From contig NZ_JAGS01000001.1 in the NCBI RefSeq assembly GCF_000526775.1, positions 1,089,685 to 1,121,684 of the forward strand: a DNA stretch of 32,000 nt. Direction: 5' to 3'. Positions 8,983 through 17,375 of the stretch are shown here, piece by piece (position 1 is the stretch's first letter; every line of letters begins with the position of its first letter). The notes beneath the pieces were generated by a model. It was not told the origin of the DNA. It saw only the letters and a program-made list of their open reading frames with translations, and searched no databases. The position numbers were made by a program, and so were the translations under genes. This stretch comes from Ruminococcus albus AD2013. Its GTDB lineage: Bacteria > Bacillota > Clostridia > Oscillospirales > Ruminococcaceae.

Positions 8983-9363
8983 ATGATCGCAATAGAATTC
9001 GGAAACAAAGCTTTCAATGTTCCTCAGAGCGAGCAGACTGTATACATTGTGTTTGATACAAAGACACGATACGCTGACAGAAAAGAGTTTGCTGAAAAAG
9101 CGATAGAAAAGATGACCCTCGGCTATCCCGATTGGCGTGATGAACTGCTGGCTAAAATGGATCTTCAGCCTGCAAAAGAAGAGGATATTCAGTTTTTTAT
9201 ATATGGCGCAGCAGAGCGCATGAACGAAAATGTTACTCTTGATCTTGACCTTGAAAATGCACATGATTTTGAAGCTGTGATGCCTGTTGAATGGAACGAT
9301 GCTTCCTATATATTTGAATGCGGAGAAATGTACGTCTTTTACAACTGGAACACAACTTGCTAA
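8983..9363 (+). CDS. hypothetical small acidic protein
   Basis: I chose the start at MIAIEFGNK (8983) because AGGAGGG lies 8 nt upstream. The track ORF starts at 8923, where there is no RBS. Confidence 0.55.
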   Translation: MIAIEFGNKAFNVPQSEQTVYIVFDTKTRYADRKEFAEKAIEKMTLGYPDWRDELLAKMDLQPAKEEDIQFFIYGAAERMNENVTLDLDLENAHDFEAVMPVEWNDASYIFECGEMYVFYNWNTTC

Positions 9364-9413
9364 AAATAAAGATCAAATTATTATCAAATTATTAAATGAA
9401 AGAGATGAATAAT

Positions 9414-11423
9414 ATGGCAAAAAATAAAGAGGGCGGAAAGCCTTTTGAGATCCCTCGCCCCGAATTTCCCAAAAGAGCGGTAATTACGGGCGGTATGCCT
9501 TACGGCAACAAGGAACTGCACTTCGGACACGTTGGCGGAATGTTCGTGTTCGCTGATGCCTATGCAAGATTCCTGCGCGACAGGATAGGCAAGGACAATG
9601 TACTTTTCGTGGGCGGTACCGACTGCTACGGCTCCCCTATTGCTGAGGGCTGGAGAAAGAAAGTCGCTGACGGCGAGTTTGAGGGCAGTCTGACGGATTT
9701 CGTTCAGAGAAATCATGACAAACAGCAGAAGACCCTCGATGACTACGGTATCTCACCTGATATCTTCGCGGCATCGGGTCTTGGCAGAAGCAAGGAGATA
9801 CACGCCGAAGTCACCGACTGGTTCATAAACTCCCTCTACAAAAAGGGTCAGCTGAACAAAATAAGCACAATGCAGTTCTATGATGAAAAGGCAGGCTGTT
9901 TCCTCAACGGCAGACAGGTCATCGGCAAGTGCCCGATAGAGGGCTGTACTTCCGAAAAGGGCTATGCAGATGAGTGCGACCTTGGTCATCAGTATATGCC
10001 CGAGAACCTCATCGACCCTGTCAGCACACTGACAGGTGAAAAGCCCTCGATGCGCCCTGTTACAAACTGGTATTTCAAGCTGAGAGACTACGAGGAACTT
10101 CTGAAAAACTGGATAGAGATGCTGAAAAAGCGCAAGGACGTTCGTCCCGTAGTATGCAAGACAATCGAGGAATTTCTCAAGCCCCCCGTTATCTACATCA
10201 AGCGTGAATTTGAGGAAAAGTATCTCTCGCTGAAAGATCAGATGCCCGAACACGAGTTCTTTGAGGAGCCTAAAAAGCCCTCATTCACTGTACAGTTCAG
10301 AACTCTTTCTGACTGCGACGAGGCTGTAAAGGTGCTTGTAAACAACGGCATACGCTACCGTACAGGTAAGACTCTTGTTCCTTTCAGACTTACAGGCAAT
10401 ATCGAGTGGGGCGTTCCCGCACCTGTTATGGATAATGTTGAGGGTCTGACCGTATGGGTATGGCCTGAATCACTTTGGGCACCTATCTCATTCACACAGA
10501 CACTTCTAGAACAGCGCGGCAGAAGCAGGGACGAGTGGAAGGACTACTGGTGCAGCAAGGACAGCGGCGTTTACCAGTTCATCGGACAGGACAATATCTA
10601 CTTCTACGGTATAGCCGAACCTGCAATGTGGATGGCACAGCAGGAGTCCGATGTAAAGACTGCCGACCCCGCTGAGGGCGAGATGCAGATGCCTACCATC
10701 ATCGCAAACCACCACATTCTTTTCCTTGATAAAAAGGCTTCAAGCTCGGGTGCTGTTAAGCCGCCTATGGCTGACGACCTGCTGAATTTCTATACTCCCG
10801 AACAGCTTCGTATGCACTGGCTGGGTCTTGGTCTGGGTCAGAGGTCAGTAAGCTTTATGCCAAAGCCCTACAATCCCGATGCAAAGCCCGACGATGCCGA
10901 CCCCGTTGTTAAGGACGGTCTTCTGCTTTCAAACGTATACAACAGAATGGTCCGTACAGCGTTCTATACCACACAGAAGCATTTTAACGGCATAATGCCC
11001 TCCAACACACCCAGCGAGAATATCCTCGCAGAGGGCAAAAAGGCTGTGCTCGATTACGAAAGACATATGTCGAAATTCGCATTCCATCAGTGCACCTATG
11101 TACTTGACAGCTACATCAGAAACGGAAGCAAGTATATGGCTAAGACCATCAAGGAAGATACTCCCGCCGAGGAACTTTCGCAGGCGCTGGCAGACCTTTT
11201 CTACATGATTAAGATCGCCGCAGTGCTTCTGCACCCGCTGGCACCTTTTGGTACCGAAAAGGTACGTGAGTATTTGCAGGTCGGAGAGGAAATGTGGAGC
11301 TGGGACAACATCTTTGAACCACTGACATTCTTTGTCGGTGAGGGTCATGAGCTGAAATTCCTGCCCCCGAGAACGGATTTCTTCACTCGTCACGAAAGCC
11401 AGTTTGAGACAGCTGAAAAGTAA
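9414..11423 (+). CDS. metG: methionine--tRNA ligase-like class I aminoacyl-tRNA synthetase (divergent signature motifs)
   Basis: HIGH motif as ELHFGH, a MetRS-type Zn knuckle (CPIEGCTSEKGYADECDLGH) and GTDCYG in place of GTDEHG. The KMSKS position reads KASSS (10734-10748). The start at 9414 (MAKNKEGG) is preferred over 9396. Confidence 0.8.
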   Translation: MAKNKEGGKPFEIPRPEFPKRAVITGGMPYGNKELHFGHVGGMFVFADAYARFLRDRIGKDNVLFVGGTDCYGSPIAEGWRKKVADGEFEGSLTDFVQRNHDKQQKTLDDYGISPDIFAASGLGRSKEIHAEVTDWFINSLYKKGQLNKISTMQFYDEKAGCFLNGRQVIGKCPIEGCTSEKGYADECDLGHQYMPENLIDPVSTLTGEKPSMRPVTNWYFKLRDYEELLKNWIEMLKKRKDVRPVVCKTIEEFLKPPVIYIKREFEEKYLSLKDQMPEHEFFEEPKKPSFTVQFRTLSDCDEAVKVLVNNGIRYRTGKTLVPFRLTGNIEWGVPAPVMDNVEGLTVWVWPESLWAPISFTQTLLEQRGRSRDEWKDYWCSKDSGVYQFIGQDNIYFYGIAEPAMWMAQQESDVKTADPAEGEMQMPTIIANHHILFLDKKASSSGAVKPPMADDLLNFYTPEQLRMHWLGLGLGQRSVSFMPKPYNPDAKPDDADPVVKDGLLLSNVYNRMVRTAFYTTQKHFNGIMPSNTPSENILAEGKKAVLDYERHMSKFAFHQCTYVLDSYIRNGSKYMAKTIKEDTPAEELSQALADLFYMIKIAAVLLHPLAPFGTEKVREYLQVGEEMWSWDNIFEPLTFFVGEGHELKFLPPRTDFFTRHESQFETAEK

Positions 11424-11432
11424 TAAAAACAC

Positions 11433-11478
11433 AGACCCGAACTATCCGAGATAAGGACAGTTCGGGTCTTTCTTTGTC
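11433..11478. terminator. bidirectional intrinsic terminator between metG and the SdpI-like gene
   Basis: A 10-bp stem (agacccgaac/gttcgggtct) is followed by TTTCTTTG on the plus strand and preceded by an A-rich run, which gives a T-run for the minus strand. Confidence 0.8.
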
Positions 11479-11497
11479 GTTAAGACAAGGTCGTTCA

Positions 11498-12196
11498 TTA
11501 TCCGTTATTTGAACTTTCTTTTTTGCGTTCATCGTCGTATACACGCTTTGCGTAAACAAGCATAACAACTATCGCCGCTGTAAGATATGCAAGCATCAGG
11601 AGTATCGCCGACATACCGCTGACAAATGCAGTGGATATCATAGTGCAGACACCCACCAGCATCAGGCAAACTCCGCCGAAGAAATTCGACCTCTGCCAGG
11701 TGATATCGTTGTAAAGCGTCCAGCCCAGACGAAAACCGATAAGACCGTTGCGGCGGGTCTTTGAAATGCTGTTTCCTATGGGTATGAAGATCAAGCCGAA
11801 TATAAAAGCGTATATCCTCAAACCATCAATCGGCATATTTGAAATATCAGCATGACTGTCAGCGCACATCATTATCAGCATAACGATCTGTACCGCACCC
11901 ATTGCGCCTATTATCCATGGTGTGATCTTTCGCAGAACTTTCGCATTCTGCTTTGAACGTTTTTCTGAAACTTCATCTTCGTATACTTTGGTATCCATTC
12001 GTACAGCCACGTATTCAAGAAACGCCGCTAACAACAGAATAACGATGGGAAAAATAAAACTTGAATTTCTGCTTCCCCATTTGTCGATCTCCCCTGCCGC
12101 GTTGTAGTGAGTGGGGACTTTTTCGGGAAGAAAATTAACTGCCGCCGCAGTCGCTGTCAGTGGTAACAGGGCTATGCCCCATGTCAGTTTTTTCAT
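11498..12196 (-). CDS. SdpI/YhfL-family membrane protein (DUF1648 N-terminus)
   Basis: 232-aa polytopic membrane protein. The N-terminus LPEKVPTHYNAAGEIDKWGSR is typical of DUF1648-SdpI proteins. It lies downstream of an ArsR/SdpR-type repressor. Confidence 0.75.
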   Translation of the reverse strand: MKKLTWGIALLPLTATAAAVNFLPEKVPTHYNAAGEIDKWGSRNSSFIFPIVILLLAAFLEYVAVRMDTKVYEDEVSEKRSKQNAKVLRKITPWIIGAMGAVQIVMLIMMCADSHADISNMPIDGLRIYAFIFGLIFIPIGNSISKTRRNGLIGFRLGWTLYNDITWQRSNFFGGVCLMLVGVCTMISTAFVSGMSAILLMLAYLTAAIVVMLVYAKRVYDDERKKESSNNG

Positions 12197-12461
12197 TTTT
12201 TTTACCTTTCATCATCTCAAACCACATTACAAGCTCGTCAAAAACCGAGGTGTTGAGCTCGTAATAAACGAAGTTTTTTTCTTTTGTTTCTGTAATAAGG
12301 TCGGCGTTTTTCAGCTGTTTGAAGTGGTATGACATGGTAGCACCAGTCATATCAAAATGGGAACCGATATCCCCCGCCGACATTCTGCCCTCCCGAAGAA
12401 GTACGAGAATATCCCGTCTTACAGGGTCGGACAAAGCTTTGAATGTTTCCTGAAATCCCAT
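12135..12461 (-). CDS. ArsR/SdpR-family autorepressor
   Basis: The wHTH region FKALSDPVRRDILVLLREGRMSAGDIGSHFDMTGATMSYHFKQLKNADLI is ArsR-like. The 3' end overlaps the SdpI-like start by 62 nt in another frame. Confidence 0.85.
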   Translation of the reverse strand: MGFQETFKALSDPVRRDILVLLREGRMSAGDIGSHFDMTGATMSYHFKQLKNADLITETKEKNFVYYELNTSVFDELVMWFEMMKGKKNEKTDMGHSPVTTDSDCGGS

Positions 12462-12507
12462 CGGGCACCTCCCTTTTAAAATAGATCTTAGTTTTTTATA
12501 AGTTTGA

Positions 12508-12567
12508 AGAATTTCTAATTAGAATTTTCTCTAAATACAATATAGCACAATTCGGACATTTTGTCAA
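12508..12567 (-). promoter_or_regulatory. candidate promoter plus palindromic operator of the SdpR-like operon
   Basis: The minus strand reads TTGACA (12562-12567)-17 nt-TATATT (12539-12544). An imperfect palindrome AGAATTTCTAATTAGAATTTTCT (12508-12530, with perfect core TCTAATTAGA) lies just downstream of the -10. Confidence 0.5.
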
Positions 12568-12708
12568 GTGGTATTTAGAAAATTTACTAAATTAGCAAAA
12601 CAAACCTCTGAAAGCGTTAAACGGCTAAACAATGCAGTTTTGCAAAAGTATCAACCCGCGGGATCACCGCATAGTATAACCATAACACCAAAAGAAAGGA
12701 AGCATACT

Positions 12709-13488
12709 ATGACGGGTTTGATATCAGCAGCCTGTGCCACAGGCTTTACATTTTTTATGACCGCACTTGGGGCGGCGATGGTGCTGTTCATGTACAGCGA
12801 CGACTTTTCCGATAAAGTAAGGAGGGCGTTTCTAGGCTTTGCGGCGGGAGTGATGATAGCGGCTTCGGTATGGAGCCTGCTTATCCCCGCAATTGAAGAA
12901 TCAGAAAAACTGGGCAATCGGGGGTGGATACCTGCGGCGGGAGGATTCACCTGCGGAGTGGCGTTCCTGATGCTTCTTGACAAGTTACTCCCCTGTTTTA
13001 TGAAAAACAGCGACCCGACACATGAGCATCGAAAGGGTCGCACGGCGATGATGGTATTCGCCATAACCCTGCACAATATTCCCGAGGGTATGGCGGTGGG
13101 TCTGGCGTTTGCGGTTGCCGCAAGAAGTGCCGACCCTGCGCTTTTCGGGGCGGCGGTAGCACTTGCCGTGGGCATGGGTATACAGAATTTTCCCGAGGGC
13201 GCGGCAATATCCATACCCCTGCGTCAGCACGGCATGGGCAGACTTAAAGCCTTTCTCTGCGGTGCGGCTTCTGGCGTAGTTGAGCCGATATTCGGCGTTC
13301 TGACAGTTCTGGTGGCAGGTGCCGCACAGACTGTTCTGCCATGGTTTTTGTCCTTCGCAGCAGGGGCGATGCTGTATGTTGTGGCAGATGAACTTATCCC
13401 GGAAGCCCACCTTGAGGGTTCCCGGGCGGGAACTATCTGCGTTATGATAGGGTTCATACTGATGATGACCCTTGATGTGGCGTTATAG
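12709..13488 (+). CDS. ZIP-family divalent metal transporter (ZupT-like)
   Basis: Motifs HNIPEGMAVG and QNFPEGAA, with a polytopic membrane profile. I chose the start at MTGLISAAC (12709), which follows AAGGAAG. The track ORF starts at a GTG at 12568. Confidence 0.85.
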   Translation: MTGLISAACATGFTFFMTALGAAMVLFMYSDDFSDKVRRAFLGFAAGVMIAASVWSLLIPAIEESEKLGNRGWIPAAGGFTCGVAFLMLLDKLLPCFMKNSDPTHEHRKGRTAMMVFAITLHNIPEGMAVGLAFAVAARSADPALFGAAVALAVGMGIQNFPEGAAISIPLRQHGMGRLKAFLCGAASGVVEPIFGVLTVLVAGAAQTVLPWFLSFAAGAMLYVVADELIPEAHLEGSRAGTICVMIGFILMMTLDVAL

Positions 13489-13524
13489 TCATCAGATTTT
13501 GCGGACACTCATTCTAAAACAGAT

Positions 13525-13554
13525 ACAAAAAAGCGGGGATATGCTTCCCCGCTT
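13525..13554 (-). terminator. intrinsic terminator of the GH3 gene
   Basis: The minus strand reads aagcgggga-loop-tccccgctt followed by TTTTTGT, about 20 nt after the stop at 13575. Confidence 0.7.
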
Positions 13555-13574
13555 AAATCATATACGAAAACGTT

Positions 13575-14939
13575 TTATTTAAGGATACCCCTATCCTTTT
13601 TCAGGCGAAGAACTCTTTCAAGGCTCTCATCGATTCGCTTCTCGCTGAGGTCGCCTTTTTTAACAGCTTTTTCAACGCCTGCAACGGCAGAAGAAAGGTC
13701 TTCGGGCATAAGCAGAAGGTCGCCCCCCGCCTTTAATACAGCCACGGATATCTCATCGGAGCTGTAATAATTTGCCAGCGCACCCATAGCAAGTGCATCA
13801 GTGACGATAACACCGTCAAAACCCAGCTTTCCGCGAAGTTCATCGGTTATGATGGTTTTTGAAAGTGACGCAGGCTGGTTGTCAACATTCGCCATGGTGA
13901 TATGTCCAACCATGACCATATCTGCACCTGCCGCGATACCGCTTTCAAATGCCAGATATTCGGCATTTTCCAGTTCATCAAGTGTCTTGTAGCTGCTTGC
14001 CATGCCAACGTGAGAATCCTCGGCAGTATCACCGTGACCGGGGAAATGTTTCAGCGAGCAGACCACGCCGCCGTCCTTGAAGCCCTTGACTGCGCTGGCA
14101 ACAAGCTCTGCTGTCTGTTCAAAATCATCACTGTAAGCACGGGTGCCGATGACGGTATTATCGGGGTTCGACCAGGTGTCCGCCACAGGGGCAAAATCAA
14201 GATTGAATCCCAGTTCGGCAATATCCGAAGCAATGGTATAAGCGTTCTTGTAAGCCGTATCTGCGCCCTTATCGCGGTAGTTGTACATGGGCTTGAACTC
14301 AGTTGTGCCAAGCTTTTCAGCACACCTTGCAACGATACCGCCCTCCTCGTCAACAGCGAAAAACAGCGGTATATCGGAAACCTTGCTGTTGCTCTCGGCA
14401 GTAGATGCCAGCATCGTTTTCGTCTGCTCTACATCCTCCAGATTCTGGGCGAAATAGATAAGACCGCCCACGGGATACTCTTTCAGAGCATCAAGGGTCG
14501 CCCCGCCTGACTGAGTAACAAGGTCGTATCCCGTCAGGCTTTCGGGAGTGACCACAAACAGCTGACATATCTTCTCATGCAGACTCATTTCAGCCATCAT
14601 TTTGGTTATCTCGTCTTCCTTGACATCGTTTTCGACGGGTTCAGTATCCTTTGCAGTATTTTCGGCTGAGGAACTGTTCTCATCGGACTGCTTCTCGGTT
14701 TCTGTCTCAGGCTCTTTTTCGTCCGTCGGTTCATCTTCCTCGCCTTTATCGGACTTTTCAGCTTTCTTTTCGCGTTTTACCGAATTATCGGACGTTTTGC
14801 CGTCAGCAGGTTCAACAGGACGATTCTTCAGATAACCGTTAACAACATAGGCACTAAGTGCACCGGTTATCAGCAGAAGTATCACCAGAGTGCGTATACG
14901 TGCACTTTTAGCACCTGAATTTTTCTTCGGCTTCGACAT
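13575..14939 (-). CDS. membrane-anchored glycoside hydrolase family 3 beta-N-acetylhexosaminidase (NagZ-like)
   Basis: GH3 N-terminal domain motifs KHFPGHGDT and VTDALAMGA. There is an N-terminal TM anchor followed by a ~100-aa acidic low-complexity linker. I chose the start at MSKPKK (14939), which follows AGGAGTG. Confidence 0.85.
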   Translation of the reverse strand: MSKPKKNSGAKSARIRTLVILLLITGALSAYVVNGYLKNRPVEPADGKTSDNSVKREKKAEKSDKGEEDEPTDEKEPETETEKQSDENSSSAENTAKDTEPVENDVKEDEITKMMAEMSLHEKICQLFVVTPESLTGYDLVTQSGGATLDALKEYPVGGLIYFAQNLEDVEQTKTMLASTAESNSKVSDIPLFFAVDEEGGIVARCAEKLGTTEFKPMYNYRDKGADTAYKNAYTIASDIAELGFNLDFAPVADTWSNPDNTVIGTRAYSDDFEQTAELVASAVKGFKDGGVVCSLKHFPGHGDTAEDSHVGMASSYKTLDELENAEYLAFESGIAAGADMVMVGHITMANVDNQPASLSKTIITDELRGKLGFDGVIVTDALAMGALANYYSSDEISVAVLKAGGDLLLMPEDLSSAVAGVEKAVKKGDLSEKRIDESLERVLRLKKDRGILK

Positions 14940-14995
14940 AATATCACTCCTATAAACGATTTCGTAAAATAAAATACCAAAATACAGTATACCAC

Positions 14996-15024
14996 CATTT
15001 TCGGGATATGTCAACATTTGAAAC
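14996..15024 (-). promoter_or_regulatory. candidate sigma-A promoter of the GH3 gene
   Basis: The minus strand reads TTGACA (15019-15024)-17 nt-TATACT (14996-15001). Confidence 0.55.
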
Positions 15025-15054
15025 ATAAATTTGAGATAAAAATACAAAAAGCGA

Positions 15055-15090
15055 GCAAAATAAAAGTCCCGCGAATTATAACGCAGGACT
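15055..15090 (-). terminator. intrinsic terminator of bioY
   Basis: The minus-strand hairpin gtcctgcg/cgcgggac (one G.U pair) is followed by TTTTATTTT. Confidence 0.6.
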
Positions 15091-15113
15091 AATTTAGTAA
15101 ACGTTTAAGTTGT

Positions 15114-15692
15114 TTATATGCGAACTCTGCTTTTAACTGCCGCCGAAATCGAAACTGCCGCACCGAGTTTCACTATATCAAAGAAAACAAAGGGCAAAAC
15201 GCATAATTTCAGGGCATTTGCCACGGTCATATCGCCTTTAGTATCTGTGTATACCTTGATGAACCAAGCCGTTCCGAAAGCGTAGCACAGCGCCAGACCG
15301 ACGATCATCGAGATTATCTGAACGATAACGTTTACTGAAATCAGCTTTTCCGTCAGCAGGCAAAGCAGAGGAATTATCAGAAATCCGACAAGATATCCGC
15401 CTGTTGTACCCAGAAGAACTCCCAGACCGCTCTTAAAGCCCGAAAACACGGGAATACCAACCGCTCCGAGAAGCATATACACCAGTATCGCAAAGAATCC
15501 TCTCTTTCCGCCCAGCATGGATACAGCGCAAAAAACGGCAAATGTCTGTAAGGTAAATGGCACCGCAGTTGGTATGGAAATCCATGAACATACAGCCATC
15601 AAAACCGCAAACATCGCGGTCAGAGACATATCCTTTACGGTGAGCAGCTGCTTGTTTTCGTGTTTTGAGGGTGTTGCTGTTTGTGTTATCAT
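15114..15692 (-). CDS. bioY: biotin transporter BioY (ECF S-component)
   Basis: BioY-like six-TM profile (PFTLQTFAVF..., GYLVGF). I chose the start at MITQT (15692), which follows AGAGG. A biotin-operator-like palindrome lies upstream. Confidence 0.87.
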   Translation of the reverse strand: MITQTATPSKHENKQLLTVKDMSLTAMFAVLMAVCSWISIPTAVPFTLQTFAVFCAVSMLGGKRGFFAILVYMLLGAVGIPVFSGFKSGLGVLLGTTGGYLVGFLIIPLLCLLTEKLISVNVIVQIISMIVGLALCYAFGTAWFIKVYTDTKGDMTVANALKLCVLPFVFFDIVKLGAAVSISAAVKSRVRI

Positions 15693-15695
15693 ATT

Positions 15696-15753
15696 TGTAT
15701 ACCTCTTTTCTATCAACGGTATACATTATAACACAGCTTACAGAATTTGTCAA
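15696..15753 (-). promoter_or_regulatory. consensus promoter overlapped by a BirA-type operator
   Basis: The minus strand reads TTGACA (15748-15753)-17 nt-TATAAT (15725-15730). The inverted repeat TGTATACC-N14-GGTATACA (15696-15725) begins at the last base of the -10 hexamer and extends across the predicted transcription start. Confidence 0.6.
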
Positions 15754-15774
15754 CCCCTTTTCTGAAACAGTATA

Positions 15775-16836
15775 CTATTTCAGAAAAAATATCGAATATA
15801 TCAGAAAAGCTCCGCCCGCCACAAGCAGCATATAAAGCAGTACCAGAACATACAACCGCATACCACGGCTTTCCTTTTCCTCCGAGATGGGCATATTTTC
15901 TGTTATCTTCGGCTGAACAGGCTTTGTTTCGGGCATCTTGTTCTCCGCCGCACCGCGCTTATCTTTCGGAACATAGCACTCCTCATACCGCGGCGGTATA
16001 CTGTCTATGGGAAGACTGCTCAACTCCCTGTAAACCTCATCCATATCGGAAAATCTGCTCTCGGGATGCGCCATACAGCATTTCATTATAAACCGTCCGA
16101 GGTCGGGGGGCGCTCCCGCAGGCGGGTCAAAAGGCTGACCTTCAAGCCGCGCTTTAACGGCATTTTCCAGACTTTCACCCTCTTTTTGCAGGGGCAGAAG
16201 TCCACCGTTGAAGAGCTGATACAGCATCAAACCGAAGGAATATATATCTGCCCTAAACTTATCGAAGTCTTCCGAAAACGTTTCAGGTGCAGAATAGGTC
16301 GGGTCTGCAAGAGCGGGAAGATAAGTGCAGGGTGCGTCCATACAGAAATGCCCCTCGCTGTCTACGCGGATATTTTTCGGGCAGATATCCCCGAAAGTAA
16401 AGCCTTTGCGATGTGCTGTGCGTATCCCGCGGCAGATATTATCCGCCAGCTTTCGGGCAGTCACATAGGGCATCTGACAATCATTTTCAAAGGGTCGATA
16501 ATCGTCTGTCTGCACAAGGATATCCGCGGCAACAGGCGTTGCGCCGATGTTTTCGATGTTCTTGACCGTAAAGTTCCTCGCACTGACAAGGAAAGCTTCA
16601 CCAGCCAGAGGGAGTCGGGCATTTATCCTTTTTATGGCAGCCGCCGTCAGTTCCGAGAGGGGTCTGCCGCAGGAAGTACTGTCAACGGTAAGCACCCTGA
16701 CCGCGCTTTTACGCCCGTTTTTGTCTTTCAGCGAGAACATTGACCCAAGGTCGTCCTCCCACATAAAGCTGTCAACGAACCATTCGTCCCACAGCGGTTC
16801 GTAGCCCGAAAGCCTGCGCTCCAGACTTTTATCCAA
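15775..16836 (-). CDS. tail-anchored Hanks-type Ser/Thr kinase-like protein with degenerate catalytic motifs (possible pseudokinase)
   Basis: The kinase fold is recognisable from GDICPKNI (catalytic-loop D and N), SAPE, DIYSFG and HPESRF. The VAIK lysine reads SAVRVL (Arg), the G-loop is degenerate (LGSMFS) and DFG reads DAP. There is a single C-terminal TM helix. Confidence 0.7.
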   Translation of the reverse strand: MDKSLERRLSGYEPLWDEWFVDSFMWEDDLGSMFSLKDKNGRKSAVRVLTVDSTSCGRPLSELTAAAIKRINARLPLAGEAFLVSARNFTVKNIENIGATPVAADILVQTDDYRPFENDCQMPYVTARKLADNICRGIRTAHRKGFTFGDICPKNIRVDSEGHFCMDAPCTYLPALADPTYSAPETFSEDFDKFRADIYSFGLMLYQLFNGGLLPLQKEGESLENAVKARLEGQPFDPPAGAPPDLGRFIMKCCMAHPESRFSDMDEVYRELSSLPIDSIPPRYEECYVPKDKRGAAENKMPETKPVQPKITENMPISEEKESRGMRLYVLVLLYMLLVAGGAFLIYSIFFLK

Positions 16837-16868
16837 AATGCTCCCCCTCCTTTCTCACGGCAGTTCAC

Positions 16869-17363
16869 TTAAACGTTTACGAAATTCCAATCATCATCGG
16901 GCTCATATCTGCCCCATGGCGAATTGCCCTCAAAACCACCCAGATACACCGGCTTATCCCCGAGAATACATATTTGTATACCGTGTTCGGGCTCCCATTC
17001 ACAGCCTCCGCTGAGGTTCAACGCAGGGATATCAGCGTTCTTCGGGGCCTCAAACTCCACCGTAGAAATATTGAAATACCTGAACATCTCACCCGCAGGC
17101 GTAGTCTTGTCAACAGGCGGAAAATCAGATGGGTCGAATCTCTCCCCTGCCGCGTCCCTGCAAAGCTCGATAAAGAACAAACAGTACCTTTTCGCCGCTT
17201 CAGCTATCGCCGAAAGCGTATCTTCGGGCAGATGTATCAGGTGTTCCACGCACTTGTTTATGTACTCACCGCTGACATCATCTCTGGGAACATAGATCTC
17301 GATCTCATCACCGAGAATACTGTCGGTCACGATATCACCGTTACGGAAGATCTTATTCTCCAT
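16869..17363 (-). CDS. hypothetical cytoplasmic protein (164 aa)
   Basis: The ORF has an AAGGAGG RBS and starts 12 nt after the mgtE stop. The kinase-like gene starts 32 nt downstream of it. I recognise no family with confidence. Confidence 0.6.
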   Translation of the reverse strand: MENKIFRNGDIVTDSILGDEIEIYVPRDDVSGEYINKCVEHLIHLPEDTLSAIAEAAKRYCLFFIELCRDAAGERFDPSDFPPVDKTTPAGEMFRYFNISTVEFEAPKNADIPALNLSGGCEWEPEHGIQICILGDKPVYLGGFEGNSPWGRYEPDDDWNFVNV

Positions 17364-17375
17364 AATACGCCTCCT

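Noticed and set aside
12135-12196. 62-nt overlap of the ArsR/SdpR-like and SdpI-like genes as a frameshift or pseudogene
   Set aside because: Both proteins look complete (an intact wHTH and an intact N-terminal TM start). The overlap only adds a short tail to the repressor. There is no evidence of disruption.
14974-15001. ATACCAAAATACAGTATACCACC as a further copy of the phased ATACC array
   Set aside because: The spacing is 8 and 7 nt rather than 10. The sequence is accounted for by the -10 region (TATACT) and start of the GH3 gene's TTGACA-17-TATACT promoter.
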